From: Perkinsus chesapeaki ATCC PRA-425
Taxonomy: Eukaryota > Protista > Perkinsozoa
Direction of reading: 5' to 3'
NCBI GenBank assembly: GCA_013115145.1
Contig: JAAPAO010000020.1
Span: 68,811 to 132,810 of the forward strand
DNA length: 64,000 nucleotides
Shown: one piece after another, positions 35,329 to 46,469 of the stretch
How the letters are laid out: every line of letters starts with the position of its first letter
Position numbering within the stretch: the first letter of the stretch is position 1
The notes under the pieces: model-generated
Seen by the model: only the letters and a program-made list of their open reading frames with translations
The model's database searches: none
Told to the model about the DNA's origin: nothing
Position numbers and translations under genes: made by a program

Positions 35329-36342
35329 ATGACTCGCTCCATTAGTAGTAGTGTTGCCTTATATAGCAGAGTTAAGAACACCTTCCTCGACTTCGGTTAT
35401 GGTAGTAATGACGAGGCTGACCTTCAAGCTGGTGGTGCTCGCCAGAGAAGTCTAAGCTGCCCGCCATTGAACTGCAAGGCCTTAACGAGCCCGACTACGA
35501 TGATGTTGAGAAAGGTCCCGAAGACGTGCACGGTTGATACTCTTACCGCTGTCTTAAACGAGAGGGGTTTCTCTGGTCTCTATGACTTCATTTATGTTCC
35601 CCTCGATTTCAAGACCCGTCAGTCCACTGGGTTTGCCTTCATCAATTTTTGTTCTAATGAGGTTGCCCAGTCGTTCACCGGTAAGTTTCATCTAACTAAG
35701 TTGGCAAATAGGACTATTAAGGTCTGTCCAGCACGTGTACAGGGTCTCTCTGCTAACGTGGAACACTTCAAGAACAATCCGGTAAACTTCGCTACTGAGC
35801 ACTTCAGACCTAAACTATTTGAGCTCGGTACTGGTCGCCTACTACCCTTCCCCAAGCCCGACTGTGTTCAGCAGACACCATCGAGTCCTACCTCTAGCAG
35901 TACGATGACAACTTCTGTATCTCTTAGTGGTGGAAGTAGCATCAGCGGTGATTCAGAACACCGCCTCCGTCGTGGTAATGAACATCATCGTGGTAGTAAC
36001 GGCGACTGGCCGAGTTACCATGGTAACAACACTCACCACCTTAGAGATAGCATTCTCTTCATTGGAGGCCTTCATGCCAGGACTACGGCTAAATCTATAT
36101 TGGAGGTTATCCCTAATGCTATTGATGTTCATGTACCACTACATACCGAGACTGGTTTTTCTAGAGGCTTTGCTTACGTCAAGCTCGCAAGCCCCCATGA
36201 TGTTAATAAGTTCCTTACCTCGGATAATATTATTATTGACGGTAAAGCTGTTGGATTCCGTCCGTTCAGAGGCCGAGATTACAAAAACTCGCCCTCTCTG
36301 CTTCGTAGTCAGCCAGTCTCGGCATTAAGCTATGCTGTTTAA
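35329..36342 (+). CDS. Mei2-like RNA-binding protein with two RRMs (intronless)
   Basis: TTMMLRKVP...GLYDFIYVPLDFKTRQSTGFAFINF (Mei2 RRM3 type). Second RRM LFIGGL...SRGFAYVKL. N-terminal VKNTFLD. Confidence 0.9.
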   Translation: MTRSISSSVALYSRVKNTFLDFGYGSNDEADLQAGGARQRSLSCPPLNCKALTSPTTMMLRKVPKTCTVDTLTAVLNERGFSGLYDFIYVPLDFKTRQSTGFAFINFCSNEVAQSFTGKFHLTKLANRTIKVCPARVQGLSANVEHFKNNPVNFATEHFRPKLFELGTGRLLPFPKPDCVQQTPSSPTSSSTMTTSVSLSGGSSISGDSEHRLRRGNEHHRGSNGDWPSYHGNNTHHLRDSILFIGGLHARTTAKSILEVIPNAIDVHVPLHTETGFSRGFAYVKLASPHDVNKFLTSDNIIIDGKAVGFRPFRGRDYKNSPSLLRSQPVSALSYAV

Positions 36343-37365
36343 ATCATCAGATCCTTGTATTGTATTCGGTGTTGGATATTCAGTCTATCACCGCCTTTTT
36401 GTGGTTTAACGGCGGCGTCCTATTTTCTGTTGTATCGGATATAATCTATCCGCACATCATCTTTTTGTAACCAGGAAATCTAATGCTAAAATAGTCAGTT
36501 ACGCCAATCGCTCATATTTTTCCTGGTCTAATATAGTCGTAGAATCTATCGAATAATCATACGGTCCTAATATATCTCCGCGACAAAACTGCGGCTATTC
36601 TATTATGTTACTATCTTCCTGAACTCTATTCCTACGTCTCTTTAGCACAATCATACTTTCCTGTCACTAAATGTGCTAAATGTTATTTATATTTCTGATG
36701 CCCCGTTCTCTGTTATCCATCACCACCAGCAGTCTCCTCTTCTGGTTGATCGGCTCGCTGCACTCGTTGAGTGTGCCATTCCAGACCTAACAGTCTGCGC
36801 TGATCCGTTGGTCTGCTGGATCCTCTTGGTGTCCACAGTCGTTATGCTCGAGTTTACTTGATGAGCTATAAGGAGCAATTTGTGTATCTTTTTATTTCGT
36901 TGTCATGGCAAGGATTGTCGCCTCCAGCAGCCACTTGTTGCTGAGGCTCTATATTTTACACGCCACCCTTGTGTGGTTTAACTCTTATTTCCAGCGTCTA
37001 TTGCTCTTAGCAATACCGCATGCACCTATTATCCTGTCCGTCGTTTATGTCAGATGAGCTTGTACAAATCAGACTGTGCTTGTTACTGGATAATTGTATT
37101 GCTTTCTTAGCCTTCGCTGTTGCGTTATACAGTTAATGCATTTGTGCGACAAGTGCAGGGGGGAATCTGCGTGTGCCTAGTTGTGCATTGTAAAGCCTTT
37201 GTTGACTTTGAGCATTGAAGCTCATCTCAGCTTGGAGAGTTCAGCCGACATGCCGCCACCCGGCTGTCGGTCATCTTCCCTTCTCCCGAATGTATAGTGA
37301 TTCACTATCAAACAAAGTATAACAAAACAACTATAACGACAATAGGAAAATAACAACAACATTTC

Positions 37366-38677
37366 TCATGCAAAATGCACATTCAAATGGACCTGTAGAG
37401 TTCCTCCTGGAGTGACTCCTTCTTTCATGCAAAGCTCATGTATAGTCTCAGTGCAATGAGTCGGTACCTCAATACTGGAACATTCCAACCTACTTGCAGC
37501 CTCTACCCATGGCCGGTCTTTTATCTCCTTCATAGCTGGATGATTCGGCATGATAACATCATCGTAAACCTGATAAGCTACCACTTCTAGAATGACCACG
37601 CGCTCGATTCACCTCTTTGACGGTCCAAGTGCTCAAGACAGCTCTCTTCCAGCTCTCCTCTCTCATTTTAACATTTAATACTATCGGGTAGGTATCACAC
37701 TCATCGTCATCAGTACTTAGCCTGATTGTCACCATACCGTATGACCCTAGACCCTAGCAGCAGCAGCTACTCCTCAGTGAGGTCTGGCACCGGTCCCTCA
37801 GGTCTATGTCGTTCTATCCACTCCTCGAATTGCTCCATTGTAATATACTCCTCCAATGGCCCTCCCACAAACTCGTTCTGCACATATGTGGATACGTAAC
37901 GTTCCAGCGCTCCTTCCCTCAAGTCGGAGTTCTTCAAACCATCCAACTGCAACAGCAGCAGCCGTCGGCACTTGGTCAGCGGCTTACCACCTACTAATTG
38001 CTTCTGGGCGATCTCCTTGCCCTCTTTGGTGCCCATGTACTGTACCGGGATGAAGATCGCGTTGCATAGGTCAACTTGCAGTGTGGCTTCCAACCTCAGA
38101 TGGTTCTCTATTGCATCTCCCAAGTCCCTATCAACTGCTACCCACACGGTATCAACCTCTCCTCACCGCCGTGAGATTCTGCCATCCTCGTCGATGTCAC
38201 ATAACAGGTAGAGTAGACGCGCCCAGCTGGCTGGCTCGGCTAATGGACCCGTCTTCGGCGATCGAGTCCATCATCGTGCTTACATGTCCGGAGCACTTGT
38301 CGCATTGCCAAACAGTCATAAAGGTTTGGATCCTTCTTTGGCCCACCAGCAATGCGAAGTATCCTCTTTGCGACTTGAGATCCTTTGAGGTACTTCAATT
38401 CCAACACTTCCAATACAGTCGCTTCCTCTGCCACGAGCTGTCCTATGAAATGACAGAGTCCTTACTGGACAGTTTTTGATGATAACAGCGAATAGCCGTC
38501 GCCGCGATCCGATGCAGTCGAGGCTTGGGAATGCCACTGAGGACCTGCGATAGAGTAGCTCCCGGCCCTCCCAACTCTCATCACCCTATCCAAGCTTTTG
38601 CCTTCATCATCAGTGGATGCCTCCAGAATAGATACCACCACATCATTACGATCCTTATCCCTCAAAGATGAGGCCAT
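37366..38677 (-). CDS. Hypothetical protein with possible C-terminal ubiquitin-like fold
   Basis: ORFs 38462-38722, 38240-38434, 37767-38147 and 37366-37599; the last two joins were checked and are in-frame GT-AG. C-terminus IVLNVK...WTVKEVYDDVI...GGTLQVHL. Confidence 0.6.
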
Positions 38678-39130
38678 CGAAGCATCCCCTTTATACAGCA
38701 GTTCGCATCGCCTGAATGCCATGATAGGTATTCATCACAAATGCTCAAGTGATACCTGTCCTCGTAGGTTGGGGGGCGGATGGGTGACGAAGGAGCTTCA
38801 CCCTTGGCCGTGGGAGACTGACGAGCTCCTTTTCCGGAAAGGCATGCGTTGCCCATTCTCTTCAACAGTCGGCTTGAAAGAAATCTGTTATTTACCCTTC
38901 CAAGCGTTCCGCCGCGAAGGTATTAACAAACACAAGTGGCGGGGGTGGATCCGCGGAAATATATCAACAAGAGGCTACAATTTACGTAGAGTACTAGGGA
39001 AGTGTGGAAAGGAGCCTCGAGGGTATAGTAGGAGGACTGGGCGGGGGGGGTGGGGTATGGTAACAGGTAATGGTACAAAGGCAGCAACAGCAAAAGGTGG
39101 AGGAATGACAACAATGGCACTCAGAAAAGT

Positions 39131-40800
39131 CTAATGTGGTTTACGTTGCCAGGCCGATCTCCCCTTGCCAGGAGAGCCTCCTCCTCCTCCACCACCGGCT
39201 GCTGATGATGATGAAGCAGGCCATAAATCCCCTCCACCATAATGATCCCAACCGCCACTACGATCGCCCCAAGAATTGGCTCCTATAGGCCTGAGACAGT
39301 AACAATAATAACAGAGTTAATAACCGCTTATTACCCCGAATCAGTGGCGTCACCGATACTGGAAGCACTCTTCTTTGCCCGGCGTCTCCTGGCCACAACG
39401 CTCCTCGACCGGCTGGCACTGTCACTGTCATCCCTTCGTCTCCTCCTCCCGCCTCCTCGGGGTGATGACCGTGAACCCTTGTCTGGGCTCCGGTAGTACA
39501 TCCTGTTTCTTTCCCTATCATCATTCCTCCGTCTCGCTGGTGGTGTCCGGCTCCGAGATGACCTAGCCGTGCCCCTCACCGATGCCCCTCCACCAGACCT
39601 GGCTGCGCTGGCGCCCCGCCTCAGTGCCTCTCGAGGATCCCCTAGAGCAGGCTCTGCAGAAACAGACGATGGCCCCCCACTAGCAGGTCGAGGGGCCACT
39701 GGGGCCGCTGGGGTCGCTGATAATAACATATGATTGCTGCACCGCTGCCGTATGAGCGAAGTGAGCTCCACAATTGCCCGAACGTCTCCTTCGGTGAGGG
39801 CTACCTCGGGTATTCGAGGAGCGCCGCCGCCGACCGGTACTGGCTGGGGTGCTGCCATAGCGACCCCCAGCGCTTGTTGTTGCTGCTGCATCGATGGCAT
39901 AGTGTCGCTCACTGCCGCTGGGGACATCTCCGCATTACCCTGTATACCGCTGTAGGCAGATACAGCCGTGGCTGGTGTGGCGGCCTCAGTACTAGGTATC
40001 CCCGATGGGCTCGGCCCTGCTACTGCTGCTGCTGATGGGGGTGAGATGGCGGGGCTCATAGGACTAGCTGGTCGTCGGTTGTTAAGCCAAGATGCCTCCC
40101 TAGCAGCCGACATGGCCGCCCGAGCGATAGCCGGTGACATCTGCGAGGGCAAACTAGTACCAGTTGGTCGTTCGAGTGGTCGGCTAGAGGATGGTGGCCT
40201 CCGTGGATCGCCTTTAGGTGGTTGTTGTTGCTCCTCTTCTACCACTGGGGACTTGGGGCCCTGCTGCGCCTCGGCAGACGTCGGCCTCGAGTCACTAGCA
40301 TGATGATGCAGATATTGCTCGTAGCTGGAAGACCAGTTCCGTGGCTGCCGACTAGCAGCAGCCCAACTAGTAGCTGCTGCTGTTGTTGGTGGTCCCCGAT
40401 GTAACGGCCACTCCACCCCAGCAGGCCCTCCCTTCTTTGGCCCCCACTCTCCGCCCTTGTACTTGGACCACTCTGGCCCTCCTCCTCCCTTTCCCCATTC
40501 CCCAGCTGATCCTTTATAATGTCCCCATTTGCTAGCGGCCGCCGGCTGCCTATGATGATGGTACTGCTGCTGCTGTTGCTGCCATCTCGATCCAGCGCCC
40601 TTCTGCCCCCCTCCTCCTGCTGCTGATGCGGCCATCATGTGCTGGGAATGAGGAGCATAGGAGGAGAAGGTGTACTCAGGATGCGGAGCCAGCCGTGGAA
40701 GTGACTCGAAGGGTAGGTATATCTGAGAGGCCCAGCCTGTTGCCCCCCCACCACCATCTACTGCACTACCTTCATAATACCCTGGGCCCTCCGCTGCGGC
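39131..40800 (-). CDS. Low-complexity Q/G/W- and RS-rich coding region, possibly the 3' part of the upstream RluA-like gene
   Basis: ORF 39331-40638 stays open about 54 codons upstream of its ATG. A phase-2 intron leads to a final exon ending GRSAWQRKPH* at 39131. Confidence 0.65.
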
Positions 40801-40802
40801 TC

Positions 40803-42534
40803 AGTCTCCCCCAGTAGGCCTCGAATGCCCACTCTATCTGAACAATGGCACCAGCCAGTAGCCCTCCTCAGGCTCCTCCTCCGCTTACTTGTGTCCGTCC
40901 CTGTGACCGCCGCCGCTGCCCCAATGCTAGTATGCGGCACTGCATCCCGCCAAGTGGGCAGTTCAGCGTCCAGTTGGGCCTCCACGTCCGAAATCAACAC
41001 TCCCACCCCTCCGGCAAAGCCTTGGCCTCGAGATTCGAAGTTCAGTCGCACCTAATACGCCACGGAATAGAACTAGGAAATGCCCCGAAGTAGCTCACCG
41101 TAGTGATGACGTGACGTCGCAGCTGCACGGAAGGGTCACCGTCGGACTCCTTCGCACCGTTGCCTGATGCCTTCACGGCCTCCAGGGCTGCTGCCTGGTT
41201 GATCTCATAATGATTGTGCAACACCTGTCCCCGAATCTGAACCATGACCCCAAACCACTCTTCGCTTACATGCTCTGGTTGCTGGGCTGTCAGCAAGTTG
41301 GAGGCCGCCTGTTGATAGGTGACATGCCGAGCCCATGGGACAGCCAGGAGGGTCCGTGCCTCCGAGCACTTACTGCACACCTGTCTCGAAGAGAAGCTCG
41401 GGTAGACCGTGAAGCAAGAGGGGCAGTAACCCGACGGAAAACCTGACAACGTCACTGGCCATGTGGAGGGGCGGCAGCGTCCACTAGCCTACAGACGCTC
41501 GCGGCCTGGCCTTGGCGAGACCCTCCGACGACCCAGTGATCCGGACCAACGTGGGCGAAACGGCTACATGACAGCGACACCTGATGAAGGTACTGGAGCG
41601 ATGCCATCTGGAGGGAAGGCCAACCTTTAAAGGCTCCCAATTCGTCTGGGAGTCGCCAGCAAATCTTAGAAACTCCGCGTACTCCGGCGGCACGGGTATC
41701 TCGAAGCCCGCTATCGGTATGGGCGTATGAGGGCTGTTGGCCATCGGAGGGTAGAAGGCCTAAACGATAGTGAGCGAGGCTATAGGGTGCTCCGAGTACG
41801 AGGCGGCTGGCATGGACCAATGAGCTCCGGCCAGATCCTTTAAGGCCGTAATAAAGGAGGGAGTGTGTATCGGCAGATGCCAGCTTGATATGGGGAGGCA
41901 GAAGTGGAAGGTTGCCCTCCTCATGTGGGGTCGCTGATAGGAATATTGTGGCGCAGTGACGCTTCACTCTACTACTACCATTAACATATATAACTGCATA
42001 TTGCATCTTGCCGCTATCATCGGTCATTGTGGCTACAGTGGTGTAGCTGCACCCCAGGCTGCCGTGAAGGAGACCATTCGGGGCAGGCGGACGGCCGGCA
42101 ATCACGCAAAGGTACTGTCACCACCACATTAGCCACACCCCTCTGGCACAAGCTTACCCCAATACACAGAGTCTGCGTCCGAGCCTGCTCCCTTAGGAAT
42201 CCGTTGGTGGCCGCCGAAAGACCAAAGAGACATAGACCTGACCCAAGGGCCGCGGAATCATCATCAACGGTGGTGATGGGCTTTTTCCTCCTCCTACCGC
42301 TGTATTCCTCATCGATGACGCCAGCAATGAGTTCTACCTCCTCTGGCCGGCAGGCTCCATCTCCCTCCTCGGCTGCTATCAGAGCCCTCGCCCAGGCAAT
42401 AGCGGTGTCTACGGAACACCCAACTGGCTTGACACAAAGCATGAAGGTGTCGGCTCTGTGATGCAGCTGAAAACAAGGAGATGAGCTGGATAGAGGGACC
42501 CTGGACTTACAATGGGAACCTTGCCAGTCGGCAT
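40803..42534 (-). CDS. Degenerate RluA-like pseudouridine synthase fold, CxxC..CxxC finger and THUMP-like region
   Basis: MPTGKVPI|LHHRADTFMLCVKPVGCSV (motif I-like), SLVHASRLVL (motif III-like), CPSCF..CSKC, FGVMVQIRG. Assignment from visual motif similarity only. Confidence 0.45.
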
Positions 42535-42646
42535 AGGATAGGTCACAGTCTTCTCGCCAATGTCAGACCCCAGACCCTTACCCCCCGCAGCCTCGATGCT
42601 GATAGGAATGCAGCCATTGCCACCGCCCCGTTACCCGAGTCATGTC

Positions 42647-45600
42647 TTACTCCCTATCTGCCTTCGACTTCTTCCCTTTTTTGTGTTTCATTTTCTTTCC
42701 TTCATGCTTCTTCTTTTTCTTCCGCCTCTTAACAGCGGCGGTCACTTCATCCTCCTCCCCATCCTCATCATCGCTTGAGTCTCCATTGCCCGCTGCCGAT
42801 GCTTGCCGCTTCCTCTTGCCTGACCACCCCATCCTACGTCACCCATCAACTACCCCACTTACCCGCTCTCTCTGGTGCTTCCTCTACCTCAGCATCTACC
42901 TCAGCCGGTTGGCCCCGGCCCGCCACCTTCGAGAGTTTCATCGGCTCCTCAGCCTCGTCCTTAAGTGCACTTCCTCTTCTCTTAGCTGCTGACTTTGCTG
43001 GGGTCCTCGAGTGTTGGCCTACACATAACCATCTCTACCACTGTATGTGGTGCTCACTAACCTCCTCCTTCAGCAGCAGTAGCAGTAAGCCGAGTCTTCT
43101 TCTTCCTAGGTGTCTTTGCCTCTCCTATCCGCCCTTCCCCAGGTTCCTCTGCATCCTCAATATCAATATCAGGTGTGTCTCCTTCATCTTCATCATCCGA
43201 GAACAGCCCTGCCACACTGACACACTGACGCCAGTGGCTAGCTCCCACCACTACCTTTGGATGGCCGGCCTCTTCCCTTTTTCTTAGTCACCTTGGCCGC
43301 AGCAGTCTTGCTGGCCTTGCCTTTAGTAGCTTTCCGTCTACCGCTACCCTTCTCACTGCCAACCACACTCCCCTCCATCTCAGCAGCCTTCTTCAATGTC
43401 CTCTTTCCCTTCAGCTTCCCCTTAGCCCCCTCCGCTTCCTTCTTCACCACCCCCGACTTCACCGCCGCCGTGGTGCTCTCAGCCTGACCAGCCTCCACCG
43501 CTGCCACAAAAGCTCTCATCAACCTGCGTTACCTTCACCACCGGAGCTGGCGCTTCCTTCTTCGGCTTCCCCTCTTCCTCCTTCCCCTGCTGCTGCTCTT
43601 GCTGCTTAGCCTTGATGGCCACCTGGACATGTCCTCCCCCGGCTCAGATGTAATGGTCTCACCTCAGCTGCTGCTGCTGCTGGCGCTGTCTGTTGGTCCG
43701 CTTTCACCTTCATCTGTTGCCTATGCTTCGCTGCCAGCATTGCCTGCTTCCTCTGCTCTATCCTTGAGTTGGCCTTCGGTCTTGCATGCCCCCTGGGATG
43801 CTCCAAGGCCTAAGCGCCATTCCTACTACTCACCCCAGCAGTATCCCATGCCTTACCGTATGTGATATCGCGGTTACACCCGCCGCCGCGGCCGTCCGCA
43901 GTGTTGGGTCCATCGACGACGACGACGACGACGACGACGCTGCTGCTGAGGTCAGAGCGCTCTGCTGCTGTTGAACTATGGAGGTAGCCGCCTATTCGAG
44001 AGACGTAGAGGAGGGAGCGGTATGGAATCTCCTACTGGCATGAACGACATGTCCGGCATTTTCGGCGGGGCAGGGGACACTGTCGGAGCCGTGGAAGGAC
44101 CTCGAGCCCGAAAGATAACGCCGCAAGTCGGCCGCACTAGGACCACCTACTACCTTGGTCCTCCCCAGGCTGACGTGCCGCTGCTGCTATGAGCTCCTCC
44201 TGCCTCTTGGCTCTCATGTCCGTGTACATGGTAGTCCGAGCCCTCTTCCTCCTAGCATCGGTAACCGACACCGAGGTTCCAGACCATCGACTGCCTTCCT
44301 TTCGAGCCACAGCCTTCATCTCCTCCGGTACCTTAGAATGACCTCTACCTCACCAAGCCTTACCCACTGGCACCCTCTACCTCAAGCAGGCGTGTGGCAG
44401 GCTCCCAGTCACCAAGTTGGACATCTGCCCCCTTCCATTTCACATAGTACCTATTGACAACCAACACTGCTCGATCTCCTCCTCCGCAGCCTTCTGCGCC
44501 TGCATATTACCGATCGTTTGGCTCATCCCAGTCCAACAGGCACTCTACAGCATCAACACTAACCTGTGCCACCTCCACGTTCCCTGAGGGGCTGGGATCG
44601 CTATCAGTAGCCAGAGGAAGTCCCCTCGAACTTGTTCGAGACTCGGAGCTCGAGTTGCCTCCGGTCGTCCCTTGCTGCTGCTGCTGTCGACTACCCCGTC
44701 TGGTGCCCCCTTTAGACTGCTGGTGCTGCTGGCGTGCTGGTGGTGGTGGCGACCCCAAGGAGGGTGTGGCAGCCGAATCGACCAAGAGCAGGTTTTGGTT
44801 GTCCATGACCCAATCACAGGGGTCCTCGCAAGACTTCCCAGGGAGCTCGGAGCAGACGAAGATCTGGTCCCGGCCTTCCTTAGCTTTTGCCAACTCAGGC
44901 GAGATCATCCTCCACCGTCGACACGAGTCACACTGTACCCAGCTGTTGATCATGCTTGGCGACAGAGGTTCAGGAGGTGCCGATGCTGCCTTCAGCTTAG
45001 GAGTGGTGCCCCCCTTCCGGGGCCTCCCGATCTTCCCGGCTCCCGCTCGGGCGCCTCCTCCTGCTGCTGCCTTCGAACCTGTCGTCTTGGCCTTGCCCGC
45101 TGCAGTCGGTGCCTTCTTAGGGCCCACCGCTGGACTCGACCGCTTCCCTGTTGTTGCCGGCTCAGTCGACTTCTTCCCTTCTGGTTTAGCTCTTGAGGAC
45201 CCTCCTCCTTCTTGAGCTGCCTCGGCAATGCTGCCAGAGGCATTATCGTCAGCCTTGGCCATAGCTACATCACCATTGTCTTCATCATCCTCTGACGGAC
45301 TCACTTGCACCGGTATCAATGGGAGCAGCTCCACCGTATCGAGCTGGGATGTTATCCAATCACAGGGGTCATCACAGGACATGCCTAGGAAGGAGCTGCA
45401 TGTTACACTAGAAGGAGAGTAGGGGTGATGTGCCGCTGCTGCTGTTGTTGCCTTTGCGCCACGGCGGCCAGACGACCGAGGCCGTAGCCTCCACTTCCCA
45501 CAGTCAGCGCATCTAACAAACTCTCCACCGTTACCAGAGGCCTTCCTGTTGTAGATGACAGAGCCATCCTCAAGACGTTTCAGGCCCCTATGCCGGAGGT

Positions 45601-46297
45601 CCTGGTCTGAGCTCGAATCGTACAGCAGCTCAGAGCTCACATCAATAGCCTTCCCGTCATCCTTGTAGGGCCTCGTCGGTATCCATTCTGGGCCCACCTT
45701 AACTTCAACCGCGGCTGGGTCTGCTGTACTATCGTCCACGGGCTGCTCCTCTGACGGAGCCGGTGTTGCTGAGACCGGCACCGGCTCCGATGAAGGAGCA
45801 TCTACCATGTCAGGGTCCACCCCCAAAAGGGATAATATCAAACGCTGGTTCGCATCATCGAAGGCCTTACTACCAACCACGTCCCGCTTCGAAGCATCAG
45901 GGCCACCCAGGTCGGCTGAGCAGGGCGAGCGGCTAAGAGGCGGTTGCTGCTGCTGCTGCTTCGGTGATGACTGCAGACTGGCCAAGTTCATGACCAAAGC
46001 TGATCCTCCGTAGGGAGCTACAGCCAATGGAGGCGCTGCTGCTGCTGCAGTAGAGACCACACTGGCAGCAGCCGCTCGCTCTAATGAGGGCATCATTACC
46101 CCCGATGGGCCTTCGCCTAAGACGTTAGTGGCCAGTACTGGTCCACCACTACCTGTTGCTGCTGCAGCAGCTGGTGATGATGGTACTTCGGTCAATGGTG
46201 ATAGAGAAGGAGCTTGGTCTTCCTCCTCTTGCTGCGTACTACTTGTTGACGGCAGAGGAGGAGGAGGTGGCTCATTGCCACCGCTGTCATTGCTCAT
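42647..46297 (-). CDS. Chromatin-reader-like protein: two CW zinc fingers, chromodomain, AT-hook, Lys/acidic tail
   Basis: FVRCADCGKWR..CDDPCDW and WVQCDSCRRWR..CSELPGKSCEDPCDW. Spliced VECLLDWDEPNDR|YYVKWKGADVQLGDWEPATRL. KKKGRGRPSK. Confidence 0.8.
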
Positions 46298-46469
46298 TAA
46301 CTCAAGAGGAGCTACACAACACCACCAATACCACCACCGCCACACCGACAGCTGCAGCGGCAGCCCACCCAACAGCAACACCCCTTCTTACTAGAAACAC
46401 TCCAATGGTAACAATGTAATATACGTTGAAGCAGCAGCGATGGTTGAAGAGGCGGCGGCGGTGGCCCTA

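Noticed and set aside
40635-40638. Bacterial-style ATGA stop/start overlap
   Set aside because: It depends on an uncertain splice model; the downstream frame is open well upstream of the ATG, favouring a single gene.
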